Shown in pieces: positions 10,801 to 17,855 of a DNA stretch of 29,327 bases (the first letter of the stretch is position 1; the number at the start of each line of letters is the position of its first letter). A program made the translations under genes and the position numbers. The notes beneath the pieces were generated by a model, which made no database searches, had not been told where the DNA came from, and was given only the letters and a program-made list of their open reading frames with translations. Source of the DNA: a virus (Duplodnaviria; Caudoviricetes); the IMG/VR virus record IMGVR_UViG_3300031879_000014, positions 1-29,327 of that record; one strand, given 5' to 3'.

Positions 10801-11466
10801 CGGACGCACAACAGCGAAAAGAGCTTCCCCTGCCACAGCAGCCGCATTACTATGTAAAGCCAGTTTGTTTAAAATATCTGGGACAAACTTCAACCCAGCA
10901 AAGGCAACAGTGGCAAGCTTTATTTGATTTGACATGCCAAGCAAGCCACGTTGCCATTGCGGCGCATTGGCGAGAGCGCGATTGACACCAAGGAAATTAT
11001 TCCACAACGAGTGAACCGCAATATTTGCGACTCCAAGTTTATTCAACGAGGCATGGAATCCAAGAAGACCCCCTTGGCCCTCTCGTGTGATGTTGACAAT
11101 CTGTCTCAATTGTTGGTAGTGCAGGGCTGCCGCAGCAGTCGCACCGATCATGGCTTGGCGGGAGAAGTTAAGGTTGCGCCCGAAAAGATTGGTTGAATTA
11201 GCCAAATCTTTTTGAGAAACGTGAACGATTGTCAGCGTTCGATTGTAGTTATTAGCTGCTACTGAAGCTTGAAGGAAATCATTTCGAACTTGTTTCAGTT
11301 CGCGTTCCATATTGTTCATTGCACTATCGAACGCGGCAGTTCTAGCTGTTATTGCATCAATAGCTCGCTTGAACTGATCGATTGCCTGATTTACTGCCTG
11401 AACACCAGCCGAATCGGCTTCAATACGGATTTTACCGTGAGCGGTCCCAAGATCATAATCGGGAAT
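4855..11466 (-). CDS. Tape measure protein (2203 aa if started at ATT 11466; 2154 aa from ATG 11319) with Rpf/lysozyme-like and Zn-peptidase-like domains
   Basis: Longest ORF, follows the tail chaperones, Ala/Gly-rich helical with hydrophobic stretches. Motifs: SPAKYGPLSG, IQAESGG..FGLFQF..STW, HQHGAID...HLDHVH. Frame stays open 49 codons upstream of the ATG to an ATT 8 nt after AGGAGG. Confidence 0.93.
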   Translation of the reverse strand: MPDYDLGTAHGKIRIEADSAGVQAVNQAIDQFKRAIDAITARTAAFDSAMNNMERELKQVRNDFLQASVAANNYNRTLTIVHVSQKDLANSTNLFGRNLNFSRQAMIGATAAAALHYQQLRQIVNITREGQGGLLGFHASLNKLGVANIAVHSLWNNFLGVNRALANAPQWQRGLLGMSNQIKLATVAFAGLKFVPDILNKLALHSNAAAVAGEALFAVVRPFAGILGPLAGHFNNLNGGIGKLAGSIGQSIIGWNVMRGGIQSLMGRVSGLLGLFKELPGWIKAVVGAIALMGPAIVEGLAASLRFTSNLLVGLLQGLKDLSGAFLVIPGIFAMIGASVVPLVGILLTLKNSFGTLFKDAMSGDFQKVTQDLNKMPNYLRPLGDQLVRLTPKLKDLGNQFTATFTAGMGDQIEKIADTYFPAMYNGGTRVSQSFKNIKDEFVGFLLQAQTIQDTNELFSNTARTLNAVARTVAPISQAFRDIGIVGTEFIKDLAERYLPSIAQGFADWAARARETGQMREWMDRSVIAVKELWIGTKNVVQAVWQLLTLFKTGTGDNFLKNFADDMKRFNEAVHRSAASGVLHDIAESVKGVGTDNIKQLTNALKEMAPAFGKVVEFLAQFVGALSGSLIPALTLASHVLNVFFAIINATGGGAVLGTILGIVGAFKLVKLALGPIGDAVRIAVGAFNFFRGIDGIVVSAAAALERLGTVGQAASAKLMLAGDAVAAFASKIALIALVIGGAILAFSQYDDAIAQSKQAQEQYSRSLVEFQGSIKEAISADTINSGENIFTAIKAQLSLMEQELDQTANNLPSWWDHVVGFFKTAGGLSEKDQNSPLLEWFHDPKDINAWQDRAAKAKAAREEITKLGLSTGELAHIVQGSDADFNKFTDSLKQQGEGGKALAEMLETLRNKYKEAEEQAKATTDSTKKTTVAMTEAQAAAAAYGEGAHTLAQALAHIQIEADQANDAITGSSDTYRKFLKTLEEKKAAPALIDTVKQLRQQFENGGAQVKSFADAIDKLHDSMASADDKATTFIESLKKLGKVPDDSALSKYNEDIDNAIGPMSKLVDMLDTTGNALVQQSGKLDLSSKNGRTLSATLEQLRQDNVALVESGRASPEEAFAHTTEAIKRLLTQFGIVDPNIQQKIIDTYFPKDAMVNAIKAQDPQEALKAIIKDPVKLQVELALLTQSQDIINNLLGPDGKLHIPSVIDVVPQQYWWPPGTPNAPHPNAPPPPAGGPQPPPAGQLPPGPLKVPARGEDIPGLIGPAATQFARLQNLSDQQITDLLAKHPDLQATLQPYIDKAHEQGISLSQAFAAGIMSGNDDVKKAIIALAQTAGDGLGSSPAKYGPLSGTGWTYYRGQSFTTDWAGGINSGAGIVKNAAKDVAYGAVTGMKDKSTDAFKQLSDIGSLIGHIVDFAKQMTSTFIEAGKALNLLSGGKIFPKRYVPDPLRLPPNSRVLPWSPGGWNPQGGGAPGGGGGGANLYQDSAGNWHSRDPWWEGVIQAESGGRLNPQENPTHFGLFQFAQSTWDSIAKSIAPEWVGKNPGTAPAEVQARMAQENYNRNRGNLYGQWANPYVAAHPGGTTGLIYSAAMAGAYPPTGVPGQPGEDARTFAHNVMMPFWTKLGFQVGDHAADQFGEHQHGAIDVMVNSIEEGNKVLAQALRDPNVYGAIFNRQVYGYEHGAAGRPYTGDNPHLDHVHIFYQPGRTGNIVPLGSIPLPAAPAGPPPPPPPAPAPPPPPGAPTTNPKARPGAPNGMELLTGPDGKMHWYNTQGIEVYGPAEAKHGQPVAPPPAGAPPPPAGAPPAPPKPPATGPRTGLPKELNVVGWIDSNGDVWDAITGGNKIGTWGGTGPHGEGAFTPLGGAPPAAPPAAAGPAAPDGSANDPLHVTTPDTGQLGNLDTQTQVQQALQDIGVPRSISSQADAVTALQAIDAEITRQNELQTPQGKMMADQLSQVHSAIQEQWGLKEAPSGLDTFASIASGVGGIASDVIGDFQSFVEVIGATKNIADTLVRGPASTEDVIGIIQNFQKYLEFAAKIANTVGDIAGQIGGIMSAAGGASGMPGAGSAGAALQAVQAIAQVIAGVIQGINAAISIGIESWHIFGSYFGQFLGFLAGGPAGLMGNVKFLLDQNTGQLISYSTDNPLKRNALPVPGQVLNPQANNQTIGQLNYYAGPGQDPRDSTRQMMYQVKTSQMNTVTAQ
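6050..6095. repeat. Tandem 21-bp repeat (2 copies plus partial) encoding APPPPAG-type units in the Pro-rich tape measure linker
   Basis: GGTGGCGCTCCTGCTGGTGGT at 6050-6070 and 6071-6091. Confidence 0.8.
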
Positions 11467-11478
11467 AGGAATCGCCTC

Positions 11479-11856
11479 CTAAAATCCTTTTCGTATTGAC
11501 TCTACGTTATCCTCTTTTTGCCCGTCAGGCATATTGACTCTGACAGAACCAATTTGATCAGGAGTTCTGTACCTCTTCAATTCGGTTCCCAGATACTTGC
11601 TCAAAACCCCCAATCTCGCTGTCTGAGCTAATGCGTCCGTCGATGGCCCGTTCTGTCTCCCCCTCCGACTCGCTTGTTCCGCTTCGTTCATCTTCGCGTC
11701 CACCATCCGACCCCAACGGTAGACTCCCCTGTTGAAGTAATACCCCTTCGGTGTCGCCGGATCGAATGTCCATAGATCGGTCGGGAGGCAATTGTACGCT
11801 TGGCACATTTGCCACGTTTCCCACACCATCATCTTGTTCTTCGCGAAACATAGCAA
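11479..11856 (-). CDS. Tail assembly chaperone, downstream (T-like) frame, probably expressed by frameshift
   Basis: +1 frame relative to 11558-12292, directly before the tape measure, no convincing SD of its own; Trp/aromatic-rich sequence WETWQMCQAYNCLPTDL. Confidence 0.75.
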   Translation of the reverse strand: MLCFAKNKMMVWETWQMCQAYNCLPTDLWTFDPATPKGYYFNRGVYRWGRMVDAKMNEAEQASRRGRQNGPSTDALAQTARLGVLSKYLGTELKRYRTPDQIGSVRVNMPDGQKEDNVESIRKGF

Positions 11857-12292
11857 GTCCTTCGGCTTCGAATATCACCCCAAACAATTCCATTCGATCC
11901 GAAAAAGGAACTGAATCAAGATAGACCAGACCGGCTTGCCTTGCGTTCTCATGTTCCGGTGTTGCATATAACTTGGGTTTAATCACACCGGCACCAACCA
12001 CGGCGTTGATCATGGCTTCCATTTGTTCGAAGTTGCCAGACTTCATCACAACTTCCGCAAGCGTCTTTTTTGAATCCTCATCTGTTTGAGGTTTATCCTC
12101 GGCCATCAAAGCTTTTGACATCAAGTCCATTTGTTCTGCAATACCCAAACGCAGAATATCGCCCATGTCAAGGCGACGAATCAGAACAATCTGGCCAGTT
12201 TGACTCAGTTGGTAATCAAACGGTTGCTTGTATTCACGACCACGCGACCAAGCTTCGCTGAGTGCGTATTTGTCGTCGGAAAGATTTTCCAT
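11558..12292 (-). CDS. Tail assembly chaperone (G-like), 244 aa
   Basis: Between the major tail and tape measure genes; SD AGGAG upstream; overlaps a second frame as in lambda G/GT-type pairs. Confidence 0.8.
   Translation of the reverse strand: MENLSDDKYALSEAWSRGREYKQPFDYQLSQTGQIVLIRRLDMGDILRLGIAEQMDLMSKALMAEDKPQTDEDSKKTLAEVVMKSGNFEQMEAMINAVVGAGVIKPKLYATPEHENARQAGLVYLDSVPFSDRMELFGVIFEAEGLAMFREEQDDGVGNVANVPSVQLPPDRSMDIRSGDTEGVLLQQGSLPLGSDGGREDERSGTSESEGETERAIDGRISSDSEIGGFEQVSGNRIEEVQNS
11843..11848 (-). other. Candidate +1 ribosomal frameshift site TTT CGC
   Basis: ATG TTT CGC in frame 0 gives TTC GCG in +1. The +1 frame is closed by a TGA about 10 codons upstream, which bounds the shift site on that side. 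Confidence 0.6.
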
Positions 12293-12343
12293 TGTGCGCT
12301 CCTGGGCGTCCTAGAACTATGGATTTGTTTTAATCGATTTGGT

Positions 12344-13210
12344 TTAGGTGAATACCACCGCAACTGCCGGACATGGATCACCCATGACGCTACTGACCGT
12401 AGCTTTCACGCGGAACCACACCGTACCGGCACCCAATCCAGTTTCGGTAACATTCGCCGCAGTTGACGTTGGCGGGACACCGGCCACCCAAGTACCATCG
12501 ATTCCGTTTGTTGAATCGGTGGACTTTTCGATTGTGTAAAGGCTTGCGCCGGTAACCGGACTCCAAGTCAGAACCACCGTTTGTGCCGAACCGCTGCCGC
12601 TCTTTGCCCCAGCCGTCAGGTTCAATGGAGAACCAACAGGGTTAGGATCGGGAGTGAGCGTAAGCTGCGAAGTTGTTTCGCGGCGGAAGATCGAATACAG
12701 AAGGTCATTCGTGTCGTCCAGCAACGGAAGCCCAATCCCCGCAATTTGCGAAGTCTGGAAGTTTCCATCTTGGAAGTTGGCCTGAATGTTTCCGTTTGCG
12801 CGGCAGCGATAAATCCGTACCAGAACGTCGCCGCCCGAGTCGGAAATGATCTTGCCATCGATACGGAACCACGGGCGCTGCTGTGTTGCACGCTTGCGGA
12901 TTTCCTGAACGCGATTCGGGGTCAATCCGGTTTCGATTACATCGCCACCAGTAATGACTGCCCATGCAGCAACTTCCAAACCACCGGCTTCCAAGTCCCA
13001 GTTGACCTGGGAGCCTTTTCCGCGAGTAGTGATCAGCTTGTCATCGCCACGTAATTCGGCGAATTCTTCTGCCTCAGTGAAATTCAAGTGCTGAATGTAC
13101 GGGAGATCAACAGAAGTCGGACTGAGAACGGTTCCCGTAGCATCCGCATATTGCGTCAGCTTGACATCGCGGCAACCATAAGCAAGCCCAGTTGGAACGG
13201 GACTGGTCAT
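12344..13210 (-). CDS. Major tail tube protein with C-terminal fibronectin type III/Ig-like domain, 288 aa
   Basis: Strong SD AAGGAG; ELRGDD motif; position before the chaperones; C-terminal PLNLTA...LTWSPVTGASLYTIE...GLGAGTVWFRVKA FN3 pattern. Confidence 0.85.
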   Translation of the reverse strand: MTSPVPTGLAYGCRDVKLTQYADATGTVLSPTSVDLPYIQHLNFTEAEEFAELRGDDKLITTRGKGSQVNWDLEAGGLEVAAWAVITGGDVIETGLTPNRVQEIRKRATQQRPWFRIDGKIISDSGGDVLVRIYRCRANGNIQANFQDGNFQTSQIAGIGLPLLDDTNDLLYSIFRRETTSQLTLTPDPNPVGSPLNLTAGAKSGSGSAQTVVLTWSPVTGASLYTIEKSTDSTNGIDGTWVAGVPPTSTAANVTETGLGAGTVWFRVKATVSSVMGDPCPAVAVVFT

Positions 13211-13223
13211 TTAATTTTACTCC

Positions 13224-13421
13224 TTATTCTGGCCGTTTGAAGCGCAATGTCTCCACGGGCATTATGCAACCATCTTCAGTTGTCTTTTCAAGATTGAAAC
13301 GATGCATCACTACTTCGTTTCCAATTCTGCACCATCGACTGTTGCAGACAACCTCGAAAATTCCTTTTGAATTGTCACTTACCACACCGTGCAGTTTTGA
13401 ATTGCACCTGATTTCAGGCAC
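13224..13421 (-). CDS. Small Cys/His protein, Com-like Zn ribbon, 65 aa
   Basis: EIRCNSKLHG...EVVCNSRWC...H; GTG start overlapping the upstream stop. Confidence 0.6.
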   Translation of the reverse strand: MPEIRCNSKLHGVVSDNSKGIFEVVCNSRWCRIGNEVVMHRFNLEKTTEDGCIMPVETLRFKRPE

Positions 13422-13765
13422 TACGAACTCATGTACTCGAATTGCTCAGGGAATTCAGTCACCAGAAATTCTGCTACCTCTTTGGTTAAACCGCGCGGCT
13501 TCCCTACTGGAAGAGTGAATTGATCCTTACGGAAATTGAATTCGACAGTAGGGTGATCGATTTCGTATTCCGCAAAGTCTTGTTTTGTAACCCTGACAGC
13601 AGTTGTTTGTCCGACAAAAGCTGGGATTGCCCGCACCCGTTTTCCACTGAGATCGTCTTTCAAACGGGGGGCGTTGTCGCGGGTGTCGGTGACCTCAGAG
13701 GGGGTCAGCTTGCCGCTCGGTGGTACCTGCTTGCGCGGTGCCGCCTTGGCCGGTGCCTCAGTCAT
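13421..13765 (-). CDS. Hypothetical protein in the tail module, 114 aa
   Basis: SD GAGAGGA upstream; tight packing in the operon. Confidence 0.75.
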   Translation of the reverse strand: MTEAPAKAAPRKQVPPSGKLTPSEVTDTRDNAPRLKDDLSGKRVRAIPAFVGQTTAVRVTKQDFAEYEIDHPTVEFNFRKDQFTLPVGKPRGLTKEVAEFLVTEFPEQFEYMSS

Positions 13766-13795
13766 GGTCGTCCTCTCGTCAGTGATTATAGCCGG

Positions 13796-14218
13796 TTATG
13801 CTGCATCTTCATCATACGACACGCTGTAGAGAGCGTTGCGTGTTGCCGTCTTCCAGCCAGGGTCAATCGTGTTGCGCGACCGGCTGTGCCGGTATATCTG
13901 GCCGCACCGGACCCCATCTAGCCCAACTACGTTTTCCATCGCCAACAAAATATCATCTATCCTGTTCAGGATAGTACTTATCGGACCATAATCTCGACTG
14001 ATATCCGCTGGGATATGAACCCAAATTTGCATGGTCCGCGGACCCATATGTGGATTTAACGGCATTGCCGTTTCTTGCATATCAATGATGACGAAATAAC
14101 CATTACTAATTGGCCTCTCGTCAACCGATTGCAATTCGAAGATGCGATTACTCCCGCCAAGCAAGCCTTGCAATGTGGCGTCCGCAGCAAGTAATTCATA
14201 GATAGCTGATGGCATCAT
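13796..14218 (-). CDS. Tail terminator protein (SPP1 gp17/lambda gpU-like), 140 aa
   Basis: AIYELLAADATLQGLLG..RIF N-terminus and QIWVH strand; last of the connector genes. Confidence 0.75.
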   Translation of the reverse strand: MMPSAIYELLAADATLQGLLGGSNRIFELQSVDERPISNGYFVIIDMQETAMPLNPHMGPRTMQIWVHIPADISRDYGPISTILNRIDDILLAMENVVGLDGVRCGQIYRHSRSRNTIDPGWKTATRNALYSVSYDEDAA

Positions 14219-14712
14219 GGCTTTCCACGTCTCCTGGCTTGTTGTTTCTTTCCATAAGCTTTACGAGAGCGGCGATTTCCTGACTTATTGACCGTTCCTT
14301 TACGCGCAGTTTTACGGGCTACCGGAGGTATTTCTGCAATTGGTGGCGAAAGATTTGGCGGCTTGCCGTCAAGCATTCCGTCCAAAGCTTTCATAATGTT
14401 GTTGCCGATTACACGCATCGCGGGGCCGAGAATTTGAAAACGTCCAGAGTTAGCGACTTCCAGCCAGATACCGTATTGAACTGAATAGGCCAATACCATT
14501 TCATGTATATTGTGATATGAATTAGAAACCGCCGTCAAGCCGGATCGTGCCGCGCCGGTATCATCAGTCCACGGTGCATTGATTTTCATCCACGCTGTAG
14601 CCCAGGCCGCATAGTAATCGAAAAGCTTTGTAATGTCTTCGTTGACTTGTTCAGGTGTTTTATTGACCCGTTCTTTGAGCGCGCCTTGTTGATATCTGAC
14701 CGTAGCTTTCAT
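14215..14712 (-). CDS. HK97 gp10-like tail completion/neck protein with basic C-terminal extension
   Basis: APWTDDTGAARSGL and YGIWLE motifs. ATG 14712 preferred over GTG 14751 because it follows the upstream stop at 14717. Confidence 0.75.
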   Translation of the reverse strand: MKATVRYQQGALKERVNKTPEQVNEDITKLFDYYAAWATAWMKINAPWTDDTGAARSGLTAVSNSYHNIHEMVLAYSVQYGIWLEVANSGRFQILGPAMRVIGNNIMKALDGMLDGKPPNLSPPIAEIPPVARKTARKGTVNKSGNRRSRKAYGKKQQARRRGKP

Positions 14713-14716
14713 CAAG

Positions 14717-15091
14717 TTAGGCAACTGGCTTACTCCCGTAGCTAGTGCCACCGCATTTTATCTCATATCCATTGAAAGGATAGACGTAATCGATTTCGTT
14801 GTCCTGCTGACCTTCAAGCCAATGATCGCCAATAGCAACTATGGCGTCATAAGAACCGACCAGAATGAAATCAAATCGACGTGTCGTACCTTCGATTATG
14901 GGCACAATGCCGGTTGTAGGTGCCCAGATCACATGGAATGATTGCGGATCGCGGGGAGTTTGATCGCCTCTTGTTTTAGTACCGGCGACCCATGTGTCCT
15001 GCCTTGGAATTAAAATAATCTCTGTTGGATCGATACCAATATAGCGATCCGTGTTTGATCGGTGAACTGCGAGTTCACCAGCCGACATCAT
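14717..15091 (-). CDS. Head-to-tail stopper-like protein, 124 aa
   Basis: Position between the adaptor and the gp10-like gene; beta-rich; IAIGD-like (VAIGDHW) motif. Confidence 0.6.
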   Translation of the reverse strand: MMSAGELAVHRSNTDRYIGIDPTEIILIPRQDTWVAGTKTRGDQTPRDPQSFHVIWAPTTGIVPIIEGTTRRFDFILVGSYDAIVAIGDHWLEGQQDNEIDYVYPFNGYEIKCGGTSYGSKPVA

Positions 15092-15426
15092 TAGACCCTC
15101 GTTGTTTTGTGGCTAGTCCAGCGACGAATCAATTCTGTCCCAGCAGCATTCATTTCCTTATCAACCTGCGTCTGCCAGATCGTACACATTTCGCGGGCAT
15201 TGGCATTCAATGCCGACAGGTTTCTGCTTGATCCTGATTCATTGACATCTGTATATGTCGCCGTTTTAGCAGCGATTGCACGCCAACTAGCAAGGATCGT
15301 TTGGCTTATAGAGCTACCTGAATCCAAAATGGCTCCAAGTGTAGCGTCGTCCAAACCGAATTCAGCCAGAATTTCTTGTTCTGGAAGCTGAACTTTTACA
15401 GAATCGATATCGGCTTGTACTGCCAT
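15091..15426 (-). CDS. Head-to-tail adaptor-like protein, 111 aa
   Basis: Helical; LDDATLGAILD and DVNESGSSRNLS pattern; first connector gene. Confidence 0.6.
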   Translation of the reverse strand: MAVQADIDSVKVQLPEQEILAEFGLDDATLGAILDSGSSISQTILASWRAIAAKTATYTDVNESGSSRNLSALNANAREMCTIWQTQVDKEMNAAGTELIRRWTSHKTTRV

Positions 15427-15432
15427 ATCGAC

Positions 15433-15972
15433 CTACTTTTTGCCGTCGCGCTTGTCCTGCAAATGAATCGCTAACAAATCCTGAAGATCAGACTTCTTGT
15501 CTTCGTGAGTGTATTCGACTTTTGCCTTGTCCAATCGATCTTTCAGTTGTGGAACAGTTAGCGCATTGACCTCTTCGCAAATATCTTCGTCAATGTCACT
15601 ATCGTCATCGTCGCGTTCAGCAAAACCTTCCGGCCCCCACGGTGAGGGATGCGCGCCAGGAGTATGACCGGCCTGTCGTGGTTCGACCAAAACTCCGTTT
15701 TCACGGTCGAAAGCCCTGCCGGTGTCATAATCCAAAGTGGCTCCCGGCAGCGGAGCGCCACCAGTGTCGTAGACGGCTGCCGCTCTCGCTTCTGATTGGT
15801 AGAACGGGGATTGTGCTGCACTACCGGAAGATTCGTGCTCTTCGGGAGTTTCCGTACCATCGACTCCGAATCGGCGTTCGTTCGCCGGAATCAGATATTC
15901 CCTACCACGATCTCGAAGGTATTGCTTGTCCTCTTCAGACAAAGGTTGATTCAAATCAACAAATCGGCCCAT
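15433..15972 (-). CDS. Acidic protein with C-terminal HeH/LEM-like helix-extension-helix motif, 179 aa
   Basis: LTVPQLKDRLDKAKVEY...KKSDLQDLL; SD GAAAGGA; directly after the major capsid gene. Confidence 0.65.
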   Translation of the reverse strand: MGRFVDLNQPLSEEDKQYLRDRGREYLIPANERRFGVDGTETPEEHESSGSAAQSPFYQSEARAAAVYDTGGAPLPGATLDYDTGRAFDRENGVLVEPRQAGHTPGAHPSPWGPEGFAERDDDDSDIDEDICEEVNALTVPQLKDRLDKAKVEYTHEDKKSDLQDLLAIHLQDKRDGKK

Positions 15973-15992
15973 TTCCGATCCTTTCCTATCGG

Positions 15993-16018
15993 AAACCTGG
16001 GCGGGATCGCCGCCCAGG
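15993..16018 (-). terminator. Hairpin after the major capsid gene (weak intrinsic terminator/attenuator)
   Basis: CCTGGGCGG (15996-16004) pairs with CCGCCCAGG (16010-16018), 5-nt loop; only TTT follows on the minus strand. Confidence 0.65.
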
Positions 16019-16037
16019 AATCCTAGACCATTTTCAA

Positions 16038-17255
16038 TTAAACGAGGAATCCACCACCGCGAGTGTATTGCGTTGGAATGCTGTAACTCCCCGAAGCTTT
16101 GATTTGCATGATCGCAGCCCCGCCACGCTGGCGGATTCCGGTTCCAAATGACCTGGCATAGAAACCGTCCACCAACGGATAGCGTTGGTTGTTCCCTGCG
16201 ATAACACGCAAACCCTGCATGGCGGGATTCGAATGCTGCCGCATTCCGACTGGATTTGTCAGGTTGAACAGACCACCGTAGGCGACTCCCAACAGATAGC
16301 CCGCTGGAATGTAGTCGTCTTCGATGAGATGCCAGAAACCGTAGGAGCCGATCACAGGCAAACCGGATAGAATCTCAGCCGGTTGGTTTCCAAGCAAACC
16401 TTCCGCGTTCGGCAGAATCATCGGTGGCTGACTTGGGCTTGGAATGAAGTCGTAGCCCGCTGTCACACCGTTGTTGTTGACGATACCTCTACGGAAGGTA
16501 CGTATCACATCGGATTCGGCCTTGTTACACAGAAGTACGAAACTAGTTCCGTACTGTGGTGCGTAACCGTGTTCGGCAATCAACTGAAGTAGATCTTCGA
16601 CATCGGATGAGTCAATGACCGAGTTCGCAGAAATCACGTAGTGATTGTGTGTGGAAGCGAAGGTATTCGTTTTGAAAGGTGGTGGTGCAACACCATCGGC
16701 ATTGTAGAGCGGATAGACGTTGTACGCCTGATTGCGAATGTTCGCTTTGCGAGTTCTGTTGTCGAACAACGCTTCCATGATCTTACGGAACATGAGTCGC
16801 TTGTCGGCCCACAGAACTGCATTGTGAATCGCTTCGACCTGACGTGCGTCCGCATCGGCAAGGAACATCCATGTGTAGGCGTTTCGCTTGTCGTAGTGAC
16901 GCAGATCGTAGCCCATTTGGAACATTTCGATGGGCAACCCGGCACCGCGCGGCACACCGAGTTCTGATGCCTCTTCGAAAGTCAGTTCACCGATTTGAAC
17001 CACAGGTTCGACCGGAACCGTAACCGGATAGGTAAGAATTCCGATTAGATTGTCCATCACTTCGTTGTAAATAGCGATGGATTCGGCGAACTGATCCCAT
17101 AATGCGTTCAGGTCTACACCGTCAGCAGTTACGGTTACCAGATCGCCTTGAGTGAGCATACCCTCTTGGCGAAGTGGTTGCGTGCCACCAAAGATCGGAC
17201 CAACGGGAATGCCGTCAATCGTCAGCAATCCGTTTTCTTGTGCCAACATTGGCAT
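16038..17255 (-). CDS. Major capsid protein, 405 aa
   Basis: Size, position after scaffold and decoration genes, FEEASELGVP E-loop-like motif, C-terminal GTGIRQRGGAAIM strand; followed by a hairpin. Confidence 0.85.
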   Translation of the reverse strand: MPMLAQENGLLTIDGIPVGPIFGGTQPLRQEGMLTQGDLVTVTADGVDLNALWDQFAESIAIYNEVMDNLIGILTYPVTVPVEPVVQIGELTFEEASELGVPRGAGLPIEMFQMGYDLRHYDKRNAYTWMFLADADARQVEAIHNAVLWADKRLMFRKIMEALFDNRTRKANIRNQAYNVYPLYNADGVAPPPFKTNTFASTHNHYVISANSVIDSSDVEDLLQLIAEHGYAPQYGTSFVLLCNKAESDVIRTFRRGIVNNNGVTAGYDFIPSPSQPPMILPNAEGLLGNQPAEILSGLPVIGSYGFWHLIEDDYIPAGYLLGVAYGGLFNLTNPVGMRQHSNPAMQGLRVIAGNNQRYPLVDGFYARSFGTGIRQRGGAAIMQIKASGSYSIPTQYTRGGGFLV

Positions 17256-17289
17256 TCCCTTTCAATTCGTTTTCGATGAAAACTAAGCC

Positions 17290-17766
17290 TTAGAGGCAAA
17301 CTATGAGTCGGCTTGCTTCAACCGTGTGGCCGAGATAAACGCCGGTACTGGTGGTGTTGATCGCGCCGTTCGCAGTGAGGTAATACTTGGTTCCGGCAAC
17401 GGGAGCCGTTGCACCTACCGAATAAAGACCTGCACCAGATACACCGTAATCAGTTGTAGCGAAGTTCGTGATTTCGCCACGTTTGCCGACATCGACAATA
17501 TTTCCGGCTATCGGCGGTTCCAAAAGATAACCGTGTACGTCAACACCGACTGGCATGACGATCACACCGATAATGCCGGTTTGACCGGCCCCGAGTACGC
17601 AAGCGCCGGATGAGTTGAGGCCCACGCCGATAATGAGGTTGGCCTGATCCAGCGTTGCGTCCACTGCCAGCGGAGCGCGGAAGTTACCGACATAGGGGTC
17701 GTATTTGTCCCAACGCGGCTTGACGGCAAGCGCACCAATGACGGGAGGCACTGAGGGAAGAGTCAT
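17290..17766 (-). CDS. Capsid decoration/cement protein, 158 aa
   Basis: Gly-rich beta protein between scaffold and capsid (AGTKYYLTANGAI...YLGHTVEASRLIV); SD AAGGA. Confidence 0.65.
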   Translation of the reverse strand: MTLPSVPPVIGALAVKPRWDKYDPYVGNFRAPLAVDATLDQANLIIGVGLNSSGACVLGAGQTGIIGVIVMPVGVDVHGYLLEPPIAGNIVDVGKRGEITNFATTDYGVSGAGLYSVGATAPVAGTKYYLTANGAINTTSTGVYLGHTVEASRLIVCL

Positions 17767-17855
17767 TTTGAATCCTTACCTGTTAGGTTCGCGATTGATC
17801 TTATCATCGATGACCTGCGATCAAGCGCCAACACGGTTGATTTGACCGGCGTGTC

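Noticed and set aside
11479-11481. Stop-codon read-through fusing the T chaperone to the tape measure (same frame, single TAG)
   Set aside because: A perfect SD with a correctly spaced ATT is simpler. TAG is a true stop in other genes here, so there is no sign of recoding.
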